Shown: piece after piece, positions 53,948 through 64,000 of the stretch
Layout of the letters: each line of letters begins with the position of its first letter
Position numbering within the stretch: position 1 is the first letter of the stretch
From: Adineta vaga
Lineage: Eukaryota > Animalia > Rotifera
Reading direction: 5' to 3'
DNA: 64,000 nucleotides
Assembly (NCBI GenBank): GCA_021613535.1
Contig: CP075497.1
Location: forward strand, 4,340,001-4,404,000
The notes under the pieces: model-generated
What the model saw: the letters and a program-made list of their open reading frames with translations, nothing else
What the model was told of the DNA's origin: nothing
Database searches by the model: none
Made by a program: the position numbers and the translations under genes

Positions 53948-54682
53948 GTTGAGACCTTCAAAACGAAAAAGACGAAGCAAAATAACATATACATATGAAT
54001 AAATATGTCTATTTCTGAATATTACCTTCTCATAATCGATAAATAACACGTGTAAAGGGAAAAAATATGATCATCCAGAACTGACAGTTATGTTTGGGTG
54101 TAAGTTTTTCGTGTTTTTCTCTTCTCCATTCCTTATTATTGAAAATGTTTGGAAGAGGAACAAATCAGATATAAATATACTGTTCGAAATCAAATTAACT
54201 AATTTAAAGTTTCAAAATTGTTATAAATAAGCAAAAAAGAGAATTCAAAATAATTGTCGTTCTTGAATGTTCAATTGTTTTCTTTTAATAAAAATTCACA
54301 CAATACACTTATAAAGTATATAGTAGAAGAAATAAAACGAAACAAAAGACTGTATTTTTCTTTCGAGTGAAATATATAAAAATATATTTGTGAACAATAC
54401 TCAATGATAACAAGAAGAAGCAAAAGAGAGAAAGAGAGAGAAAATAAGTGCACTGCTCAGTAAGAATAATTGTGAGATTACTGAATAAATGATTTTTAAG
54501 AATAATTTCCAATTAAATTTTGTTCTTTCTGTCACTGTGCTGATTGACTGACATAAAGCACCGAGTTGTGTTTTGTCCAACAAAAAAATACAGATTTAAC
54601 GACTGTTATAATGACTGATAAATATCTGAATATCAATTTTTCTTTCGATTTCCATTTTTGGTGATTGAAATGAAATAAGATA

Positions 54683-57600
54683 TTAAACTGGATCTGTATC
54701 ATTATCTAGTAATGGATGAACTAAAACATCTGGAATAGAAATCTGTTCCTTTTCTTCAATATTTTGAATTGCTGGCAAAAAAAGAAGAAATCAGTAATCT
54801 TTCATTTCGATAAGAAATATTCTTACTTTGTATGAGTACTGTTTGTCCCTGATCTTCTTGATTTATATCAAATTGTGATGCACGCATACTGTTATATATT
54901 GTACGTCCAGTCGTATCAACCCAATCCATATTAGATAATGTTTCATCATCATCCGTTATATCACAATTATCACCTTGACGTGATTGATGACTTGGTAATG
55001 TTCGTTCAATATCTTCAACAAATTCGGATAATTTACGAAAACGTTCTTTGATTAATCTGCCATATATATTATTTTCTGTTTCTTCAGCTTCGTACAAAGA
55101 TGGATGACTCGTATCATCGGGCCCATTAACTGACGTTGACGAAGTACTTAATGTTGTTGCAGTAATACCTAAACGTTCGTCATTATTAGCAAATGCTGAT
55201 GTACCTGAGTATGCGCCAACAACAATTTGTGGTGGAGCAGAGGATGGTATTTGTATGGGATTCATAGCAGCTTTTCGAGTGTTAAAACTTGATGAACGTA
55301 TTGGTCGACTATGGCCTGAAGATGATAAGAATGATGATGTAGGTAATGCTCCTTCCTCTGGTGTGGATACAGCTGTGAAATTGAAAATGTCATCATCATT
55401 TGTTTCTTTTATTTTCTTGTCAGATGTTCGTGATGATGTCGATTCACCTAAAGTTTGTTGTTCGTTGGATGTTTTTCGCATATTTTGAACTAAAACATTC
55501 AATAGTTGTATAGTAGATGCTTGCATTTCTTCGAGACGTTGTAAACGTTCATCAAAATTGTGAAAGTGATTGATTTGTTGTGCACCATTTCGTTTCAATG
55601 TTTCGACACGTGTTAACATATGGGATACTCTAAATAGAATTTCTTTAATCATTGAATGAAAAGGAAAAAATTCAACTACCTTTCAGATGTAGTTGACATT
55701 CGTTCTTCTACAGTACTTTTTTCTTTATCTTCTTTGGCGATAAGATATTCGTGAACACATTCTTCTTCAAAATCACGTAATTTTTCGATTTCTTTAGCGC
55801 TTAAAAATAATTTTAAACCACGATTGAATGTACGTTTACGATGGCGGCATATACGATAGATTATTTTGATAAAAAGAATAATATGAGAAATGATGATGAA
55901 AGGTGGAGCTAAGAATGGTTTTTGTTCGTATTGAAGAATCGTATGGTATCGTTGAAATTTCCATACCTAATATTTAAAAAGAAAAAAAGGATTCTCTAAT
56001 CTACACCCTCAAGACGAATGTTTACCTGATCGGATAATCGACTTAATCTCATAAATGTAGATGTAAATTGAGCCATTAACATTGATAATAGAAGTATATT
56101 ACAAACAAGAAGAAATGCTGTCATTGTTATAGGAGTAATAAAATGTCCAAATTGACATGATGGATTATTTGGATCTTCTGTTCGATTACAAGGTGGATCG
56201 ATCTTTTCCGCATATACTTCACCGTATATCTAATATACACAAAAAGTATAGTAGGGTGTGTGTTTACTTTCAAATTAGTATACCATAAAATAAGGTTCGA
56301 GAAAGATTTCCTTTACTGAATCCCATTTCCAGTCTTCATTCGGATATTTAATCGCTTGTCTTGATACACCAAAACTCATTAGTACAATCAAAACAATTAC
56401 AATTAGACGAAGTAAATCGATGATCTAATTTGAAGAAATAATAAAAACGAAATGACTTACAAAAAAACTATCTTGATATCTACATTTCTAGCTGCGATAT
56501 GAATATAAGGTCCCACTTCTTTTGAAACAACCAAAAAATGAAACATTCGAAGATACCATAAACTCAAATTAATGCATAATAATAATCTGCCAACAATCAT
56601 AAACGTCGATGTTAATCTTAATCCAAATGCTAATGCAAACATAAGACAACAAAATGTATCATATAAATGTAAAACATCATGAAAATAAACTGATAAACAA
56701 GTTTTCCATCTTGTTCCATTCATCATTAATAATTCTCGGATTAAATCCATAGCAACTGTTGTTAAATAAGTCATTAAAATCCATTCCAATACAGATGGTT
56801 TCGGTGGTGTTTTAATTAGCACAACATAAGTAAAAATTGACAAGAAAATCGTAAAGAAAAGAAAATCTTGAAAAAATTTTGTTACAGGTGCATTATAAAA
56901 TTCATAGACTTTTTTTGTAAATGGTATCTGATCAGTACTTGAATCATTATCAGCTTTTCTCCACCAACGATAACGACGAATACATCGTTGTATACAATGT
57001 GTAACGAAACCAAAAAAACGATCTCTTATGGAATGATGAATAGCTACATGAACATTTGCTAGACAACGTCGAACGAAACGTCGTGAACGGTTCACATTTG
57101 ATAAGTTATTGATTTCATCTTGTTCATTAATGGATATTGATGTAACTGCTGTCATTGGTGATGGATGATGATTACCAGATAGATCATTCATTGCAAGTAG
57201 ATCTAATTCATCGGAATGATGATTCGTATTTATATTGTTTGTATTGATCGGAGGTGATGGTGGTTGATCATCGGGATGAACAGAACTACTATTTTGTTTC
57301 TTACGTTTTTTCTTGCGACTTCTCCTTTTACGTTTTCGTAATGTACTTGTTTCATGTTGTAATTCATCATTGGTTTGATCATCGTCTCGATCAGTATTAT
57401 TTACTGGTACCGCTAATTCAGGCGATTCATCTGACGATGATGAACGAGAATCATTGGAACTATTATCACTTGAACTACCATCATAATTATCACTATCGAC
57501 AGGATCATCTTCATCTAAACAAGAAAACAAAATATTTGTTTATCAAAACAATGTTCGATTCTTACTTTGAAAATATTCTTCTTCAGTTTGAGGCATGAGC

Positions 57601-60600
57601 TGCAATTCTGTTGATGATTTAAAATCGATTAATAGAAGTGCCGGTGGAAAGAAAAGTGCAAGTAAAACCATCCATTTTAAATATTTTCGCACATTCATTC
57701 CACCGATCCATAAATCAGATAATAATTGTTGACAGCATTTATGTGCGACAAAATCTCGAAGATAAGCAGTAACAGAAAGGTCGAGACATGTCCAATTTGA
57801 CCAATTTTCTAATTCACAAGTGAGAATTTGAGTAGCATTTACATCATCTTCTTGATAACATTGATCGAGAAGTGCTAGTGCTCCTAAAAAATAAATAAAA
57901 TCATAGTTGATTTGAAGTATTTATCCACTCGATAATATGACAATTACTTTGTTGAAAATCTTCAGCATATAATAAAAAATCATCAGCAATTTCCGTTTCG
58001 AGTTCATCGTCTTGTGCTTCACGTGCTAAGCTTTTATTTAATCGACAAGCAATTAATGCTTTTGCCAATGCTTCTTCTCCATGTGCCCAAAAGAATAATG
58101 ACATTTCATGTCTTTTTGTTAAAACAGCAAAAACAAGTAATTCATTATATGGAAAATCAAATGGTGGATCGTCACAAATCGAATTCCTTTTTACATCATC
58201 ATTCACTTGATTCGTTTCATTCATTTGTGAATGTTGTTCTTTTTGTTCAGCATCTACATAGACATTAAAATTTTGTCGTTCACTAACTGTTTGTCGCATA
58301 CATAGATGACGTATGATACGACGTGTATACGAAGAACGATAACCATGTCCAATAAGTTTTTCAATGATTAAACCGATTTCATATAAAGAATATATTCTTG
58401 ATTGTGTATGATGATTAACACCACGAATAACATCTTTGGCGATTAGATGTAATGTACTATTTGAACCACATGCATTATATAAGGCTTGTAAACGATTAAA
58501 TGTGAGAAAGTTTTTGATTGAAACACCATTTTCAATAAGTAATTTAACATATTCAACACGATTATCAACAAGAGCTTCGAACATACAAACATCTAAGTGA
58601 GCTTGTGTTAATTCAGTACGTTTTGTTAATAAACAAGTTTGAGCGATATCAGGTCGATTCCATGAAAGTGTTAGACGAAATTGTTCAAGTGCACTGGCTT
58701 TATGATTTCTTTGAAAAAAAATAAGCAAATTAAATTCGAAAAAAACTTGCTCTATTTATGTCTTTTTGAATCACTATTTATGCAAACGATGTGACAAATG
58801 ACTTCCAGAGAAAACTTTGTTCTTTTTCTATATCATTGATAAAAGAATCACAATATGATCAAACGAAACAACTCATTTCATATGCAAATCATCTAACTTG
58901 AATAAACTATCGCTTCTCATTTTCTTTTCTCTACACACTCAAAGAATATTTGAAAATCTAGCTCATAAATAATTTAACATAAAATAAACTCTTGCATACT
59001 AATAGAAAAAGAATATTTTACATTCTAAAAACGAAATATTATCACTATACCTGAGTAAAGTTCTTAATATAGCTTGATCCACATCTTCTTGTTCAGTTGA
59101 ATCATCATCATCCAATCTATAAATAGTTATATATTGTCGTTTGCTTACACATATAATTAATTCAACATAGACACTTTCTGCTTGTCGTCGATTATAATTA
59201 AAGACTTTTTCAATGGAATGTAATAACTGTTCTTGTAGATCGGGTGCCATTGTTCTAGAACAAAAGATTGATTTATTGTTTGATTTATTAGAATGTAATC
59301 ATACCCATCGCTTTGTGCATGTTTGTATGCAAATGCAATAAGATCAGCAGCACGACCACTACCATCAATTACTACAACAGAAACCTAAAAAGACAAACAA
59401 TGAAGATAAATGCAAATCAAAATCAATCTACCGGCGGTTCTTCTGTAACATATTCTATAACTGTTGGAAATGTATTTCTTCCACCTTCAACAATAACACA
59501 GACAACGGGAATATTTTGTTTACCAACATGACCTAAATAATGAACAAAAGATATGTAATGTAAACAATTGTTTATCATTGATTTACCATGAAAAGATATT
59601 TTTTGTTGTGAAAGATATTTTTCAAAACGTTTTCGAAGTATTATTTCTCCTCCGTATTTTCCTACAGTTCCATTATCTACCAATAAAAAACAACTGTGTG
59701 AACTATTCAATGTTGCACAATTATCTTCGGTAACAACAGCTGCTGAATGATAAGAAACTGTTTGCTTTAAAATAGAAAAAATAACGACACAATAATAATA
59801 ATAATAATAATAAAACTTTCGCTTTATCAACAAATATTTACATTTTGTCCTTTTAACAGTTCACGCCCTTGAATAACACCCCACGGTGCGATACCAACTA
59901 CTACGATATTTGATCGAATTTTTGATCTCATAAACAGCGCGTCACCAACATGTTTAACAACACCAGTATTAATACCTGATGTAAAGATCCATGCACCAGC
60001 AGTTTTGGCTGCTTTCAATAGACCACGTTTGAGAACTTGTCGAAGACGTGGTTGTAATTCAAAATTTTGTATACCACCATGTATGCTAACAACCTAGAAA
60101 CGATGTTGATTAAGTTTTTACTATTAAGATCATGTTTGTCTTACAAGATTTGGTAATTGTAATCGCCATTGTTTGGTAAAAAGATGAACAATTTGAGATG
60201 GATTTGTATCATATGTTAATCGTAAATAATGTGCTTTTGCCGGATGTAACATATTTTCAAATTCAATAATACCATATGCGTTTGTTGGATAAAGTGTTGT
60301 ATGTTTTGCAACATTCCATCGTTCACATTCATGTTCAAATTGTTCATAAGTAGAACTGGTTAGTAAACGTTTTGATGAAACTAATTTTAATGCACGATTA
60401 GGTGGTTTAATTGGGAATATGATTCGATGTTCAGCACTATCACTATGTTCAGATTCTGAACGACCACAACAACAACGAAGTGGGTCAGTCACTGTAGGAA
60501 TAAATTTTCTGCATCGTCGTCGAAAAAAGACCATACATAAATTGGGATCATTTACTGTAGCCTAAAAACAATATTTCATATTAATTAAATAATCATAATG

Positions 60601-60661
60601 AAATCATCAAGTGTCTTACTAAATGTCCATAAAGTCTATTCAACATGTTATTTTTCGCCAT
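54683..60661 (-). CDS. TRPM cation channel (TRPM1/3/6/7-like), with no kinase or NUDT9H domain
   Basis: MHR motifs ([38 protein letters not shown]), [18 protein letters not shown] box WKFQRY, coiled coil. Confidence 0.95.
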
Positions 60662-61711
60662 TAGTTTTTCTATCAATATAGATTCTATACTCAAGGGAAA
60701 ATTTCTTCGTTTTCTATCATCATCCAAGTCACGCAAACATCTTCTATTTCCTACGATGATTAACTCGAACGACAAGAAGAAGAAGCAAAGAAAAAAGACA
60801 AAATTATTTGTATATCGTCAATAAGATTTTCCGTAGCATATGGGAGAATAGAAAAAGACGAAGCAGAAGATTTTCTTACTTCTTGATTAGCCATTGCCCT
60901 ATCCAGCACCAATAGAAGATATATAATACCAATGATGTTTCTTCACAGTTAACTTTTGTATCATCAATAGTGAAACATTCATAAAATTTAAAATGTATGT
61001 TGGATGCAATAAAACGTCTGAAAATAATCAAAATAAGGTAGAATTAATCGAAAAAACAAAGTCAAACAGAATATCTGTTTTGTTAAATAAACGAAAAGTA
61101 AAACTCGGTTAAAAATGTCTTACGAAATATTTTCATGACACATTTATTATTTTTCGCAGGATGAAAATAAAATTCATTGAATTGTGTATAACATTTAGTT
61201 TTTTCTCTTGAATGAAAACACTTCAAGCAATCGGTAACTAACAATAAATAAAAGACGACGTGCTCACAATTTATATATGTGACTACCTAATAATCGGAAA
61301 TAAAACCATCCTAAACCTATTAGTAAATATTAATAACTCAACATTTAAAAACCATCTTTTGATTTTTTTTCTTGCCTCGAAGCTATCATCATCATCATCG
61401 TCGTCGTATTATTGGTGAGACGAAGTATGTGAGAGAAAAAAACGAAGAATTTTGCAGTATGCATTTCGAACATACCAAAAACAGATTTCTTCTCAGTATG
61501 CCGCACTTGATTGCGTCAAACTTGAAACGATTTGCACGTAGAAACATATGCATCCAATTTTGTTGTTTACTCGTTTTAGACAAAGTAAAGGAAAGAAAAA
61601 TAATTTCATACACTTTGTTTTGTATTCAATCCTTTGGTATAGCTATCTTGATGTGGGCATGCCTATTATACAAGGAAAAACGACGCCATGATTGATGTCG
61701 ATTTTAGATCA

Positions 61712-61720
61712 AAGATGGCG
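61712..61720 (+). promoter_or_regulatory. YY1-like motif AAGATGGCG upstream of the APC-like gene
   Basis: Matches AANATGGCG, about 160 bp before the ATG. Confidence 0.3.
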
Positions 61721-61878
61721 CTACAATAGTGTTCTAAATGGTTGAACATAAGTCTTTTGTCTTGCGATTTAATCAAATCAGCTGTCTGTCTACTTTTCGA
61801 TTCGGGATCAAATATGAATAGATAATCATTCATCTTCACAAATTTGTTTTATTAAAAAGCTCAAATTCGATTCTCGAT

Positions 61879-62919
61879 ATGTCTAATTCGAATGATGAAC
61901 GACAACGAGAGCTACTTGATATTAATATTAACAATGAACAAATTTCACCATTGTCAAATCGTTTTCTCGTTGCACATTCATCTCCAGTCCTTGAATCAAC
62001 AACAGAAGTGATTATTCGTGCACAAGATGATTCATTTCAATCATCATCATCAACATCTAATTCGAAAAGTAGTTCAAGTACAACAAGTCGTTCATCTCGT
62101 CTTCATTTTTTAATGATGCAACAACATTCGGCTGTTAATTCGCCATTAATGTATTCTCGTTGTACTTCACTTGGATCATTATCAAGTTATGATATTCGAT
62201 CTTCATGTAATGATTCTTATACATCTGAATGTAGTTCAGTAAAACCATCTGGAATAATTTCACCAAGTGATATACCGGATTCACCACCATGTGAACCTGA
62301 AATACTTGAAGAAGAAGAAGAAGAAGAAGAATATCGACAGATAAGAACAAATAACCGAACATTAACAATGAATACAACAGCAAATAATAATCGAACAACA
62401 ATATTAAGTGAAACAGTGATTGAAAAAACACTTACACTCAATCAACATGATTCATTTTCAAATCGAATTAATAATATTGATGATGAGTATCAAAATAGAA
62501 GTCCAACATATTTACCTGATCATTCGAACTGGAACTCCAACCATATCAATAGTTCTTCTCATGAAAATGAACTTTGTTTTGATGATGATTATCCTCGAAT
62601 ATTTAATAGTGAAATGGATGACGATGATTCTTTAATCGATGATCAAATTCAATATGATGCATCATTTACTGTTCCTTCTCATGAAAATCTTAGTGTTATC
62701 ACAGAAGAATCATCATTTATTGAAGAAATCAATTCGAACGATGAAGCAAATAGTATTAAAATTCTCTATGATCTTATTAAAAAACCACATTGGACAAATA
62801 AATCTACTTGTAATCAACAATTACCAATCAAATCTTCTTATCTTGAAGAAAATACCAATACTTCAATTAGCAGTAATCCAAGTAGTCTTAGTCTTGATAG
62901 TAATGATGGGAATCAAACC

Positions 62920-62973
<54 letters not shown>

Positions 62974-63493
62974 TATGATCAAGAAAAAGGTCGACAATTA
63001 ATACAACGTCTTATTGAAGAAACTCTTGCTAGAAGGTAAAACGAACCGTTAGTACTTCTTTTTTTTCTATATTTTCTCTTTCTTCCAGATCTGTTCCAAC
63101 AGATTATCTTCATTCAACCTCGTGTGTACTTTGTCCATTGAATACACCAATGACTACAGCAACACGAAGTGTCTCATCTTCTTCGAGTTCAATATCTGCA
63201 TCGACAAAGTCTTGTACGTGTGTTACAAATCGATCGACAAATTCTGTTTCACAACCACAACGAAGCCGAAGTTCACCAGCTAGACCTTCGTCAACTAGTG
63301 TTGATGATTCAAAGCGACAAACAAGTCGACAGAAGGTATTTTTCTATTAAAAACAAACTTAATCTTCATATTTCGTCTTTGCTTTATTTACCTATCCTAG
63401 GAGAATACAGTGCATCACACTCGTACTTCATATTTACGTCTTCGTCAAGCTCAACAAAATAAACGATCCCATCAACATGATAAAAAATCCTAA
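61879..63493 (+). CDS. APC-like protein fragment gene (20-aa repeat 2 + CID, acidic/SAMP-like segment), no Armadillo repeats; 3 exons
   Basis: SPLMYSRCTSLGSLSSY...SGIISPSDIPDSP versus human APC TPLMFSRCTSVSSLDSF...SGIISPSDLPDSP; in-frame exons 61879-63035, 63089-63334, 63401-63493. Confidence 0.78.
62920..62970 (+). repeat. (GAT)n coding repeat giving poly-Asp
   Basis: Uninterrupted gat run in the APC-like ORF. Confidence 0.95.
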
Positions 63494-64000
63494 TCAAATA
63501 TAATATTGTTTGAATTTCTTTTCTTTTTTTTGTATTACGTCTGTAAATTATGTATAGATTGTTGACGTAGGTGTGTCTCTCTTTTTTTGCTTCTATTTAA
63601 TAATAACAATATGACATAATTGGAAAAAATAAAATTAAGCGGAATGTTTCTTTTTTGTAAAAACTCTAAGAAACTCAAATACGAAAAAAAGTGAGAAAAT
63701 ATAGAAATGCAACAGCTACCTATGCTTTTGGTATATGAGGAATACGAGCTATGTACACCATATTTTTATTACATATACTTTCAACACTAGCCATATGCGT
63801 ATGCCTCTATCATTATTACCAAGTCGTACTCCTTTATAATCATGAATAACACCATTGCTATCGATTTTTCTCGGCATTTTTCAAAAAAATAATGGCATGT
63901 GTATAGAGTAAAAACAGAAACACATTATCGACGTCATTGATTTAAAAAGAAATATAATGTTTTGAAATCAATGACACAATCAAATTGCACTCCAGTTGAA

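Noticed and set aside
52349-60661. ADP-ribose signalling module formed by ARH next to TRPM (plus the sirtuin relic)
   Set aside because: The channel resembles TRPM1/3/6/7 and has no NUDT9H domain, so ADPR gating is unsupported; adjacency is probably coincidental.
62639-63001. Poly-Met ORF
   Set aside because: Alternative-frame reading of the (GAT)n poly-Asp repeat.

Overview
AT-rich, gene-dense eukaryotic (metazoan) DNA with many short GT-AG introns of about 50-60 nt. This architecture, plus intron-containing genes of bacterial appearance, suggests a bdelloid rotifer (Adineta/Rotaria-like); this is an inference. The window holds about 25 protein-coding genes: astacin, roadblock-like, PqaA/AprA-like hydrolase, FkbM-like methyltransferase, ZDHHC, ankyrin protein, Arp3, degenerate LDH-like protein, PCNA, SPCS2, INTS4, LpxT-like PAP2, paraxis/scleraxis bHLH, two GPCRs, a multi-PLAT protein, retinoic acid receptor (RAR), Phafin2, GMDS, ADP-ribosylglycohydrolase, TRPM and an Armadillo-less APC-like protein. 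It also holds a SIRT5 pseudogene and a probable LINE remnant. The most notable observations are: (1) a perfect DR5 retinoic-acid response element just upstream of the RAR gene, suggesting vertebrate-like autoregulation; (2) an intron-containing homologue of the bacterial lipid A phosphotransferase LpxT; (3) a stand-alone mini-APC carrying only the 20R2/CID region; (4) operon-like spacing with unpaired splice acceptors; (5) a catalytically dead LDH head-to-head with PCNA. All homology calls come from recalled motifs, not database searches.
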